Shown: positions 1 to 11,548 of the stretch, piece by piece
How the letters are laid out: every line of letters starts with the position of its first letter
Numbering within the stretch: position 1 is the first letter of the stretch
Assembly (NCBI RefSeq): GCF_001194135.2
Contig: NC_068993.1
Location: 14,563,548 to 14,627,547 of the forward strand
Length of the DNA stretch: 64,000 nucleotides
DNA from: Octopus bimaculoides
Lineage: Eukaryota
Direction of reading: 5' to 3'
Made by a program: the position numbers and the translations under genes
Notes under the pieces: model-generated
The model's database searches: none
Told to the model about the DNA's origin: nothing
What the model saw: the letters and a program-made list of their open reading frames with translations, nothing else

Positions 1-108
1 CCTTTCATCCTTTTGGGGGTGATAAATTAAGCACCAGCTAAACACTCGGGTCAATGCAATCGACTTAACCCCTCGCACAAAGTTTCAGGCTTTGTGCCTG
101 AAAGGATT
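1..108 (+). mobile_element. 3' part of tRNA-derived SINE, family B
   Basis: CCTTTCATCCTTTT..GATAAATTAAGCACCAG..GGTCAATGCAATCGACTT resembles the body of the more complete copies at 25760-25935 and 29340-29520 (minus strand). Confidence 0.7.
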
Positions 109-120
109 GTTAATATTATT

Positions 121-188
<68 letters not shown>

Positions 189-500
189 CATAGTAGCAGC
201 TGCAGTAGAAACTAGAGCAGCTGCACCAGTAATAGTAGTAGTAGTAGCAGCAGTAGCAGCCTCAGAGTTAGTAGTTAGTGTAGTTTTATTGTGGTAGTCG
301 CGGTGATGGCGGAAGTGTCGTATTGTTTTGATGGCTTCTGGCTGTGGCTGGGTGCTGGAAGTAATTGTGCAGCTAGCATTATAGTTTTTGTTGTTGTAAG
401 GATTATATTCATGGTAATCATAGCTACCGTAGCAGTGGTGGCGTTTGTAGTGATGAAACTAGTGAAGTTGGTATTGGTAGTTTTGGTGGTTGGGTTAGGG
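121..500. repeat. (GTA)n microsatellite decaying into a GTN/GCA trinucleotide low-complexity tract
   Basis: Pure GTA repeat at 121-188, then degenerate triplets. The poly-Val ORFs 94..297 and 291..521 derive from it. Confidence 0.9.
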
Positions 501-1255
501 ACAGTGTTATTCCAAGTTTAAAGAAGGATTAGTGCTCAGTAATTTCACAAATGCTGTCCATTCCAAAATGTGGAGCAATCAGCCATTTCAGGTAGCAGTG
601 CAGTGTAAATCATTGGTGCGTAACAGAATCGAAATGGACGTAACACAAGGCTGGTTAATCACAGGGTTTTGAATAAACAAGACTACCGTATACAAGAAAT
701 TATCCCTTGGGTATGTCGCTAATACGGAGAACGAGTAAGTTAGAGATAGATAAATAAAGAGAGAAAGAGAAGAATATTAAGATGCATACAGAGAACGAAG
801 TGATGGCTAAAAGGCTTTTGTTAGTCTGTCTGTCAGGTATCTGCTTTCGATTAAAGTAAAATGAGAAATAGAGTTTTTAGATATAGAGTGGTGATGAAAA
901 ATAGCAAAGGGAGATATAATTACTGAGGAAGAAATAATAGATACATGAAAACAAGTGAAGGAAAACGAGATAATGTCAGAGTTATGGAGAGAACACAAGA
1001 GGTAGAGATTAATAAAATGAAAGAGAAATAGAGCTACATATAAAGTGAAGAGTTTAAAGAAAGGAAAGACAAGGAGGAAGTGATAGAAAAGAAGCTATGA
1101 GTAATAACGGATACTGCAAGGATAGTGAGGTAGATGGATAGAGAGGAACAAAGGGAAAGAAAGTTAAATAATGATAAATCAATAACTTAGATATGTAAAA
1201 GAATATTCGTGAATACAATATAAGGATTATGGTTTATATCGATAGGAAGTTAAAG

Positions 1256-1323
<68 letters not shown>

Positions 1324-1358
1324 CAGATAGATAGATAGATATATATATATATATATAT

Positions 1359-1440
<82 letters not shown>
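1256..1440. repeat. (GATA)n microsatellite with an internal (TA)n run
   Basis: Directly visible tandem repeat. Confidence 0.97.
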
Positions 1441-1571
1441 GGGTGCATCGGTATATAAGTGTGTCAGAACGTAACGAAAGAGAGAGAGAAATAGATTTCA
1501 GATATGAGTCAATTGTGATATATATGAAGAGATATCAAGGAGAAAGAAGGAAAGTATAAGTAACACAAGGG

Positions 1572-1602
<31 letters not shown>

Positions 1603-2405
1603 TGTGATGTGTATGTGCATTTGTGTAATCGTGTGTGGAGAGAGAAAGAGTGAGAGAGAGAGTGAAAGATTGCAAGACGCAGAAATTCTAAGGTCGTGTT
1701 GTTAACGCACATTTAGGGCGCATGCATTGATTTCTAAAATATATTGCAAAATAAGACAGGGGTGGAGGTAAGGAGATGGAGCGAGAAGAACGACAACACT
1801 TATTTAAAGCTTGAGTTCAGGAATCAAAGCTAATCCAAGCATTGAAATGTATTTTCTGTTGAGTATTGCCTTCTTTAGTGTGGAATCAGTTCCGTTTGCA
1901 AATCTATTCATTTTACGCTGGTCATCTGAAACTAACTGATGCGCAGAAAGGAAAAATGCTTTCCAACTCCCTAATGTATTTTAACGATTCTAGTAACATT
2001 CTTTAACAACTAATCTATGTATGTAAAACGCATAAAGAGGATTTATTTGAGTTTTACTACGAATATGTAGGCTTATCTATAGTTAATTTCAAATATAATC
2101 GCTAGCTTTTGACATGTCCATCGGTGACCTACCTATCCAAAAGTCATTGCTTTAAGAACTGAAGTATTGTTGAACTTAGAAGTACTTTGAGCAGTTTGCA
2201 TGCGTGTGACTATATATGCATACTGTTTTTGCTATACGTAATTGACCCAGTTAGAAACAAATGCGAGACTTGTGTTCAATAAAGCATTCGAATACTTTAA
2301 ATTACGTGCGTGTTTGCAATTGTGTATATGTGTGGGTGTTTAATATGAGAAAGGATAAAGAATATTGCAGGAAAAAACTAAATGTTAGGAGAAATGCATC
2401 GATAT

Positions 2406-2450
2406 ATAATAATAATAGTAATAATAATGATGATGATGATGATGATAATG

Positions 2451-2524
<74 letters not shown>
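2406..2524. repeat. (TAA)n/(TGA)n microsatellite flanking a retroelement
   Basis: Directly visible, and abuts the 5' truncation point of the element at 2525. Confidence 0.97.
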
Positions 2525-2526
<2 letters not shown>

Positions 2527-3378
2527 AATCAGAAACAGAGGGGTCTATCATAGCAGCCCAAGATCAATGCCTACCTACAAAGAACTACCAGGCCAACATA
2601 TTAAAGAACGGCAGCTCCCCATTATGTCGTATATGCCAACAACAAAATGAGACCATCGATCATGTTGTCTCCATGTGCAGTCTGCTTGCGCCTACAGAGT
2701 ATCTCAACAGGCATGATAGAGCTGCACAATATATTCACTGGGTAATATGCAAAAACCTGGACTTGCCCCATGATAAAAACTGGTGGGAACACAAACAACC
2801 CCAGTACTTGAAAATGATCACATCGCACTCTGGAACTTCACCATTCAAACTGACAGAAAGATAGATGCAAATATGCCAGACATCATACTGAAAGACTTCA
2901 GACAAAAATCATGCCTCCTCATTGATATGACTGTTCCAATCGATATAAACGTACCTGTCAAAGGTATCTACCAAAAAGTGAGCAAATACAAAGATCTTGA
3001 AATAGAAATTAGCAAAATGTGGAATCTGAAGACGAAAACAATACCTATTGTCATAGGTGCCCTGGGAATGACAGCGAAACGGGCTGATTACTACCTAGCT
3101 CAGATACCAGGAAACCCCAAAATGGCTGAAGTTCAAAAGATAGTGCTCATGGGAACTGCCCATATCTTACGTAAAATACTGTCTATGTGATCTCAAATTT
3201 AAAAAAAAACAATTTTCTTACGGTTTCTTAAACATTCTCTAGAGCAACACTTTGTACAAATCCAAATATATGGTACCCTATGCATAACACCTACATGAAC
3301 TTCTAACGTGTAGTCTCTTGAGGTCTCTGGGTGAGACTTGGATCCAACTTGTACACATGCAAAGCAAAAGTCAAACAT
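2525..3378 (+). mobile_element. 5'-truncated R4/Dong-like non-LTR retrotransposon, copy 1 (CCHC zinc knuckle, REL endonuclease, 3' UTR), frameshifted
   Basis: ORF 2382..2864 gives KSETEGSIIAAQDQ, CRICQQQNETIDHVVSMC (CCHC) and RHD. After a frameshift near 2795, ORF 2783..3190 gives LWNFTIQTDRKIDANMPDII..IDMTVP (PD-D type REL), KYKDL, IPIVIGALG and GTAHILRKILSM*. The 3' UTR ends at AAAGTCAAACAT, followed by (AAT)n. Clade assignment is from recalled R4-clade domain order. Confidence 0.9.
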
Positions 3379-3423
3379 AAAATAATAATAATAATAATGA
3401 TGATGATGATGAGGATGATGATG

Positions 3424-4211
3424 AAGGTACTACCAGGCCAACATGTTAAAGAACGACAGCTGCCTAACATGTCGTGTATGCCAACAACAAAATGAAACCA
3501 TTGATCATGTTATCTCCATGTGCAGTCTTCTTGTGCCTACAGAGTATCTCAACAGGCATGATAGAGCTGCACAGTATATTCACTGGGTAATTTGCAAAAA
3601 CCCGGACCTTTTCAATGATGTAAACTGTGGGAACACAAACCACCTCCGGAGATTGAAAATGATCACATCTCACTCCTCTGGAACTTCACCAATAAAACTG
3701 ACAGAAAGATAGATACCTATAGGCCAGACATCATATTGAAAGACTTAAGACAAAAATCATGCTCCCTCATTGATATGATTCTCCCAATCGACATAAATGT
3801 ATCTGTCAAGACCTACCAAAAACTGAGCACGAATAAAGATCTTGAAATAGAAATTAGCAAAATGTGGAACCACAAGACTAAAACAATACCTGTTGTTATA
3901 GGTGCCCTAGGAATGATAGCATAGGGGCTGATTGCTACCAAGCTCAGATACCAGGAAACCCCAAAATAGCAGAAATTCAAAAGATAGTGTTCATGGGAAC
4001 AGCCCATATCCTACGTAAAATACTGTCTATGTAATCTCAAATTTTGAAATAGGCTCATAATGTTCTTGTTTTCTTAAAAATTCTTTAGAACACTACTATT
4101 TGTAAAACCAAATATATGACACCCTAAGCATGAACTTCTAACTTGTTGTCTCTTGAAGTATCTGGGTGAGACTTGGAGTCAGCTTCTACAAATACAAAGC
4201 AAAAGTGAAAC

Positions 4212-4213
<2 letters not shown>
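3424..4213 (+). mobile_element. 5'-truncated R4/Dong-like non-LTR retrotransposon, copy 2, same family as copy 1, multiple frameshifts
   Basis: ORF 3443..3712 (CRVCQQQNETIDHVISMC, RHD) and ORF 3736..3924 (KDLEIEISKMW, IPVVIGALG), with RPD at 3721-3729 and a stop at 4032-4034. The 3' UTR is colinear with copy 1 and ends at AAAGTGAAACAT before (AAT)n. Confidence 0.9.
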
Positions 4214-4290
<77 letters not shown>

Positions 4291-4325
4291 TATTATTATT
4301 ATTATTATTATTATANNNNNNNNNN

Positions 4326-4360
<35 letters not shown>

Positions 4361-4378
4361 TATTATTATTATTATTAT

Positions 4379-4425
<47 letters not shown>
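4214..4425. repeat. (TAA)n tract with internal switches to (TTA)n and a 10-N gap
   Basis: Directly visible, gap at 4316-4325. Confidence 0.95.
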
Positions 4426-4627
4426 TACATAACAAAAACACCAGGACTTACAAATATATATTACATACAGAAAATTGCACTACTGGGTACTGCACACATC
4501 CTACGCAAAACGCTTTCAATACAGTAACCGTAAGAGCATCACAGCAAACCACAGCACATACCCAAGGCGCAAAGAGCTGCGCTCGGTAGTGAAGTGAAAG
4601 CACGTTATAAAAATAAAACTACTGAAC
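4426..4627 (+). mobile_element. Extreme 3' end of a second R4/Dong-like family
   Basis: 4426-4527 translates as YITKTPGLTNIYYIQKIALLGTAHILRKTLSIQ*, homologous to the C-terminus of copy 1 (PGNPKMAEVQKIVLMGTAHILRKILSM*). A different 100-nt 3' UTR follows, then (AAT)n from 4628. Confidence 0.85.
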
Positions 4628-4720
<93 letters not shown>

Positions 4721-5236
4721 AACAGCAACAGCAACAATAATAATAATGATTATGATAATAAGAACAATAACAATAATGAAGTAATAGATGAAGAGTAAAA
4801 GTGACAAAAATAATCAAGTATTCATGAACGACTCATTAAATTTCATTATCTTTTATCGTTTACTTTTTATCATTTGGAACTGAAAAACTAAAATGTAAAA
4901 TATACTGTCAGGTTAAGCTAAAATATAACATTAAAAGAATTAGTCGCAGAAATTGACCCTAGCTCCAGTATTTAATTTTTATATATCGAACCTTTCTTGA
5001 ACCACTAAGTTACTGGGGCGTACAGAAACCAACACACGCATAGTCAACAGATAAATGCTTTACCCTTAATCACTTTACTGATGATTGTACTTGTGACTTT
5101 TGGATTCGAAATTGCGGGTAACCACCTTAATAATTCATAATTTTCACGTTACCATTTTTCCGAATCAGCCAATGATTCCTATGGTATTTACTATAAACTG
5201 ATAAAGTTCAGTTTAACCTTAAGCAAATGAGAAAGT

Positions 5237-5281
5237 GTCAGTGATGAGACTCATTCAGTCCGAAATCATCGTTGATCTGAC
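5237..5281 (+). ncRNA. Type I hammerhead ribozyme-like fold, probably inactivated (C3G, one extra nucleotide at the base of stem II)
   Basis: Stem I GTCA(5237-40)/TGAC(5278-81). Core GTGATGA(5241-47) versus canonical CTGATGA. Stem II GACT-CATTC-AGTC plus an extra C. GAAA at 5262-65. Stem III ATCA-TCGT-TGAT, cleavage triplet ATC(5275-77). Confidence 0.6.
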
Positions 5282-5664
5282 TCTCCCCGCTTGCTGTAGG
5301 AAGGTTGTCTTCCTTGTCCATTAATAAGTAACTGCTTTGCCCGTGGCTAAGAATGGATTTGACTCCTACTTGTAGCAATACTGGGGCTCATTGGCACTCT
5401 TAGTCACTTCAGTAACGTAGTACTTGTGCCTATATATANNNNNNNNNNNNNNNNNNNNNNNNNNNNNNNNNNNNNNNNNNNNNNNNNNNNNNNNNNNNNN
5501 NNNNNNNNNNNTATATAAATTTATATCTGACCAGCTTTCGTAAAGCTTCCGTCTACCAAATTCACTCAAAAGTCATTTGCCTGTCTGGTTGATTCATGCT
5601 TATATGCTTTCTATAGTAGGGGTAAGGCCCCACAGAATTATCGATAGTGTAAAAATAAACATCT

Positions 5665-5981
5665 GTAGTTAGGGGATGAAGGTTGGAAATTCAAGATGAC
5701 CCGAGGTTGGACGTCCTGCAACCATCGCCACGAATAGAAACCTTTATCGTGTTCACCACATGTTGATGGATGACTATAAATCAAATGGCCAATATTAGTA
5801 GCATATCTCGCGAGAGAGATATGCACAGTAGGTGCCAGGTTTTGACACCTGATCTAATACGTTCCATGCTGATCACATCAGGGGAAAGTCTGGCGTTGTT
5901 TAATTTTGATCCATCGCTTTCATTGAACGTTTCGTAATCCAAGAGTGCTGGTTTCATCACTTTGAGGCAGAAAGAAAGACG
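5665..5981 (+). mobile_element. Degenerate mariner transposase fragment (N-terminal region to first catalytic motif)
   Basis: Frameshifted translation gives ..QDDPR..GRPATIAT.., a (W)VPR-LTPD-like linker at about 5833-5852, and ERFVIQECWFHHFEAERK, which resembles the mariner FVTxDExWxHHFEPE motif around the first Asp of DD34D. Confidence 0.7.
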
Positions 5982-6344
5982 GATTCTACGATTTCCTCTC
6001 ATAGCTGCACGTACGACTACGATGTTTTTCTCAGTTCTGCTGTTTGCGGGTCTCCTAGAACGTTCGTCAATATCGATATGCTTTCCGCCATTTTTGAAAC
6101 ATCTGAACCACTCGTACACTTGTGTGCGGTTCATACACTCCTCACCATACACTCTTTGCAACCTTGCGCAAACCACTGAGCTATCACCACCATGACAACT
6201 TTCTCTGTCATGGTCAAATCGACGATCACACATTACACACCTTCCTTCCAAGCACTGCTGTAAACAACAGAACTGTGCTATAAAGTTAAAACTTAGTGCT
6301 TCGTTACTATAGCAACAGTTCAGATACTTAGTGATCAGACCCCA
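5982..6344 (-). mobile_element. Mariner 5' end: TIR plus N-terminal HTH of transposase (different family)
   Basis: ORF 5781..6251 contains VYGEECMNRTQVYEWFRCFKNGGKHIDIDERSRRPANSRTEKNIVVVRAAMRGNRRI. The terminus reads TA-TGGGGTCTGATCACTAAGTATCTGAAC on the minus strand, a mariner-type TIR with TA at 6345-6346. Confidence 0.8.
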
Positions 6345-7599
6345 TACAGTTAAATGTCGTAAGACAAATTCTGTTATAAGGAATCAAATATAGTCTCATG
6401 ACGATTTTCAGAAATTGTAGTCTACATAAATGAAGACATTCGCTGTACTTGTATACGTGTTACATAATATGTCATTCAATAATATTATAGAACATTCTAC
6501 CATCATCAATAATTTATTTACTATCTGCCAATGATATAAACATGAATAAATTTTGAAGCCTAACGTCTATTAAACTTCACAATTACTTAACGTTAAATTT
6601 CAAATATATATATATATATACACAGACACATATTTAGGCATATGTGTATGTATGTATGTATGTATGTATGTATGTATGCATCTATGTTTGATGTGTGAAT
6701 GCATGTATCTATTTGTTCTTCTGTCTTCATTCAGCATATCTAATTTTTTCTTTCTTCATTTATATTACAAACGCTTTCAACTATCTTCATATTCTGTATC
6801 ACGGTGTTTTCACATAGACATATATTTTAATATTTATATTTGTCTTACTTAGTTGAAACATTTGCATTTATTTACTTCTCTTCTATCGATCAATAAGTTT
6901 CGTTTGTTGCAATGAGCAACATAAATTACTGTATATTTAAAAGTAATAATGTTTGTTTTGTGCGTGGATGTGTTGGAATTTACATCATTTTAAGACAATG
7001 TGTTCTATGATTCTTCTTCTTCATAGTGAAATGATTTAAGTTCATAATTTTAGTGGGGATGGCATAACTTTCAGCAATATATTTCCTCAAACAATTTTAA
7101 AAGAACAATATTCACGATGATAATGAATCTATCAATATTTTAAACCTGCAAAATTAGCCCACCTAATGAACAATGTGTATTTAGTTATAAACATACGCAC
7201 ATTATGTGTGTGTGTTTGTGTATCTGTATATATATATATATATNNNNNNNNNNNNNNNNNNNNNNNNNNNNNNNNNNNNNNNNNNNNNNNNNNNNNNNNN
7301 NNNNNNNNNNNNNNNNNNNNNNNNNNNNNNNNNNNNNNNNNNNNNNNNNNNNNNNNNNNNNNNNNNNNNNNNNNNNNNNNNNNNNNNNNNNNNNNNNNNN
7401 NNNNNNATATATATATATATATATACATAGATATATACATATATGGCCCCGTAAAGATGAGATGCGCACGCGAAGAGGACTGTTTCAAATTTCTTTTTTC
7501 ACATTTTCTTCTATATTTATGATAATTCTTCCAGTGTAAATTGCTAACTGGTTCATTTCACTCATTTCTAATAAAATGCACACACGTTACATACGAACG

Positions 7600-8835
7600 T
7601 AGCGTTATTCAGACTGGATTTTAAAGGTACATACCTTATACTACTTGAAATTTTGCTGACCGGATCGAGGCAGTTATAAAAAATAACACCACCTACGAAA
7701 TTCATTCCAGAGATGTTAAAACCCGCAAGGCACTGCATCAGCTGGAAATCTTTACAGAAATATTGATATCGACAGGCTCTATCTATGAAGAGATAAAGAT
7801 TTCGAATGTCGTATAGTCTCTATCAGACTGCGCTTGCTAAATAGCAGCAGCAAAACCAAATACATTAACTTAGTGCTAAAAAGTGAAGAGAACAATAACT
7901 TACGTGTCGGCAGCGAGCTCCTTAGGAAGCACTCTCTTCCTGATTACCTCCCAAAAATGGCCGGAACTAGTATACCATAAAGAAGATCTGGATGTAAAAA
8001 GCTCAGCGTATCAGGGAAGGACCATACATGGATATGTTTCTCGAAGACTTAGAGAAGACAGTAATGTATACATGAAGCGAAACATCGCTTCGACCTGTGA
8101 CCAACATATCACATCACAACTGGAAGCCTATGCATTTGCAATCCAACAACAGGAGATTGCTATTAAATACCTAAAAAACAAAAAAAAAAAGAGATGAACT
8201 CAAAAGAGACAGTGAAGTCATTGGTGTTCGAAGATCCCACCGAAATATAGATTATGCCATATTTTTGTGGAATACATCACACATGTGATTAGCACCCGCC
8301 CAAAAATAACATCAACTTACTACCTCCGTCTGCGACACGATTTTGTAACATAAGCAATCGATAGACAATGCCATTTGGAAAGAATGACTACCTTGGAATA
8401 AATATAGACTCACCCTGTTATTGAACACATATACAAGGATCAACGCAATGTATACTGGTGGAACATTCCCATCAAAACATCTGTCAACTGTAAACATAAA
8501 ACGGTCGGTATTGTTGTTAGTGACAGACAAGAAAATATATACCATCATAGAGATCAGCTGTCCTGCTGATGTGTATATATCTTTGAATATCAAACAGTGA
8601 GAGGATAACATTGGACAACTGCTTTGAAATATTCAGCTTCTATATTCAGATTTCAAATTTACATTCTTACCAATTAAAAATGGTGCACTTGTTCTTGTGA
8701 GTAAATGCTTAACTGACAGTCTGGATAAACTTGGATTTTCGCAAAAAGAAACCAACGAACCAACTTTCACACTACAATTAAAATCTGAGTGGAACAGTAG
8801 AAATATACATGACATTTCTCAAGTTTAAAAAGTGA
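7600..8835 (+). mobile_element. Degenerate REL-type (R4-like) non-LTR retrotransposon: RT thumb to C-terminus, third family
   Basis: Motifs appear in the expected order across frameshifts: DVKTRK (7712), DIDRLYL (7765), QLEAYAFAIQQQEI (about 8117), RHD (8333-41), IIEISCPAD (8544-70), an FLPI..GAL-like segment and TFLKFKK* (8812-35). The left boundary is approximate. Confidence 0.75.
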
Positions 8836-9455
8836 CATTCTTTTCGTTATTAAAAATCCAACGATGAAGCTTTGTATCTATGTCGGAAATAAGCTCCTTC
8901 TTTAGATAAAGATGTTAAATAAATAAAATCGGAAGGGAATATACAGAGTGAGCGAGCGAGAGACAGAGAGCGAGAGAGAAATAGAGAAAGAGATGTACCT
9001 ACACTTTTCCCTTGAAAGGGGTATATAAATACCGTATTTATGAGAAACTGAATTAGAAGAAAGATACATAAATGGAAATCTACGTATTTTTCTTTCGTTT
9101 TCTTTTTACAAAATTAGATTAAAAGGAGCATGTAGGTGGATAGATGGTTGTATATGGAGGTAAATATTTGCAAAGGTAGATATAATGACAATGTTTATAA
9201 ATTTATTTGGTGAAAACAAGTTATATTTATTTTTATAACCGGTGACATTTGAAGAGAAGCTATAAATTAGGATGACATAATATTTTCTTTAAGACTTCGA
9301 TGCTTCAGTGGCCTGTTGAGCCGCTGGGTTTATTTTCCTTAATATAGTTTACATTCAGCAATCCTTTCATGTAGAATATCCTACAACTATATCTATTTAT
9401 CTATTAATCTATATTCCTCCCTCTCTATCTGTCCGTTTCTATCGTTCTCTCTCTA

Positions 9456-9522
<67 letters not shown>

Positions 9523-9783
9523 TCTCTGTATATATACACTTCGTTTCAAATTATTAACGACACAACATTCTTTTTTATTTTATTTAAAAACTACACGCTG
9601 GAATTCAACTCGGAGTAAATGAAGTTATAAATAAAAGTGTGTAGAATACTGGGTGGGCAACATTTTTAGTTAGAAGACAGTTATAATCTGCCCATGAAAT
9701 TCGAAACCATGACAAGGCGGCACCCGTGGTGCCATTCGCCTAGCCTACGTCTCTGGACAAACAGACAGACAGACAGACAGACT

Positions 9784-9825
<42 letters not shown>

Positions 9826-10904
9826 TAGATAGATATAAATATGTATGTATATATGTGCATATATATATAAATATATGGGAGTACTTATATATTTGGGTGT
9901 ATGTTTTAAACTGTGCATAGCGCACTATGATGGGAATATGGCGGAATACATATGATACATTAAATGTAATAAGTCACGTATACAGGCATGTGGAATAACA
10001 CAGGTGGCATGAACACTGGCAGTGGATCATTTGGAAATATCTCCCGAATTCTTCTCACATGAAATCCGATTTTTAATAATAAGCATTCATGTAAAGATGT
10101 AATACCAGTTGTAAAAATAGAAGTAATATGAAAACTCGTTAGCTTTCTACAGAGCACTAACCGATGTAGAATTAAGTCGACCGACCAATAGTTAAGCCTT
10201 TACTGAGAAGGAAATAAAGAGATAAAGCTAATAGAGAAGTACTGGGATAAGGATATATAAAAAAAGGTAATGAAATGGTTCAAATTCCATCTTAAATCCC
10301 AACTATCACGGCGAAATTGCTGATGTAGATCCAGAAGAAATATATTCCCACTCCGGATGACACCAGGTGGCCCAAGTAGTGAATGTACTTTCCTCAATAC
10401 ATTGATATTAGTCAAAAGAAAATTTACATATATATATNNNNNNNNNNNNNNNNNNNNNNNNNNNNNNNNNNNNNNNNNNNNNNNNNNNNNNNNNNNNNNN
10501 NNNNNNNNNNNNNNNNNNNNNNNNNNNNNNNNNNNNNNNNNNNNNNNNNNNNNNNNNNNNNNNNNNNNNNNNNNNNNNNNNNNNNNNNNNNNNNNNNNNN
10601 NNNNNNNNNNNNNNNNNNNNNNNNNNNNNNNNNNNNNNNNNNNNNNNNNNNNNNNNNNNNNNNNNNNNNNNNNNNNNNNNNNNNNNNNNNNNNNNNNNNN
10701 NNNNNNNNNNNNNNNNNNNNNNNNNNNNNNNNNNNNNNNNNNNNNNNNNNNNNNNNNNNNNNNNNNNNNNNNNNNNNNNNNNNNNNNNNNNNNNNNNNNN
10801 NNNNNNNNNNNNNNNNNNNNNNNNNNNNNNNNNNNNNNNNNNTATATATATATATATATATATGTGGGGGGGGGTGTATGTATGCATGTATGTATTATGT
10901 ATGT

Positions 10905-11068
10905 TTGTGTTTCTGTGTTTGTCCCTAACTATCGCTTTACAACCGATAGTAAGAAACGATAGAATGAACACTACGCTTGCAGAAAATAAGTCCTTGTGTC
11001 AACTTGTTCGACTAAAGGCAGTGCTCCAGCATTGCCACATTCAAATTATTGAAACAAGTAAAAGAATA
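10905..11068 (+). mobile_element. SINE family A, 3' half, internally deleted
   Basis: CTGTGTTTGTCCC..TTCGACTAAAGGCAGTGCTCCAGCAT..GAAACAAGTAAAAGA matches the tail of the 55137-55597 copy. Confidence 0.75.
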
Positions 11069-11324
11069 CATGTATATTTATATATACAGTTCTCATAAAC
11101 CATCACCCAGTATTAGTAACATTTCTCTCTGTATCGAAGTTTACAAAGGAAATGAAAGTCAGACTTCAAATCAAGCAGATCATCGCAACAAGGCAAGCTG
11201 TGTTGAAACGTTTGACGATGTACACAATGGAGATGCAGATATGCATACCTAGAAATATTTAATAGAAAAGCTAACACTTTTAAAAAAAGATCATCTGTAA
11301 TTAAAAAAAATATGTTTAGTGAAG

Positions 11325-11548
11325 TAACCTTCCAGTGTTCAGATTAATCTGTTAAATGTAATAATTTTTCACTCAAGTTGTTTTGAATTAATTATGCATT
11401 ATCTTATAGCTTTGAGGTTTCAAGTTGTGATTGTTTATTTTTAGAATGTCAATGTAGGTTAGTTGTGAGAGGCTAGATATCGCTAGTATGAATATAAAAC
11501 ATGTAGATTATTTGGGCCGGATATGGCCGGTTTAAACACTAGAGAAAT
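11325..11548 (+). mobile_element. Probable non-autonomous DNA element (MITE) with decayed TIRs, possibly piggyBac-like
   Basis: Weak residual terminal inversion (TTCCAGTGTT at the left, AACACTAGA at the right). The body resembles a recalled TTAA-bounded octopus repeat, which was not verified here. Confidence 0.35.

Noticed and set aside
4214-4425. (TAA)n to (TTA)n orientation flips forming AT palindromes
   Set aside because: They straddle a 10-N gap and are likely collapsed or misjoined repeat reads.
5078-5122. CTGATGA...CGAAA upstream of the main hammerhead candidate
   Set aside because: No stem II pairing (T opposite C) and no stem I, so the geometry does not fit.
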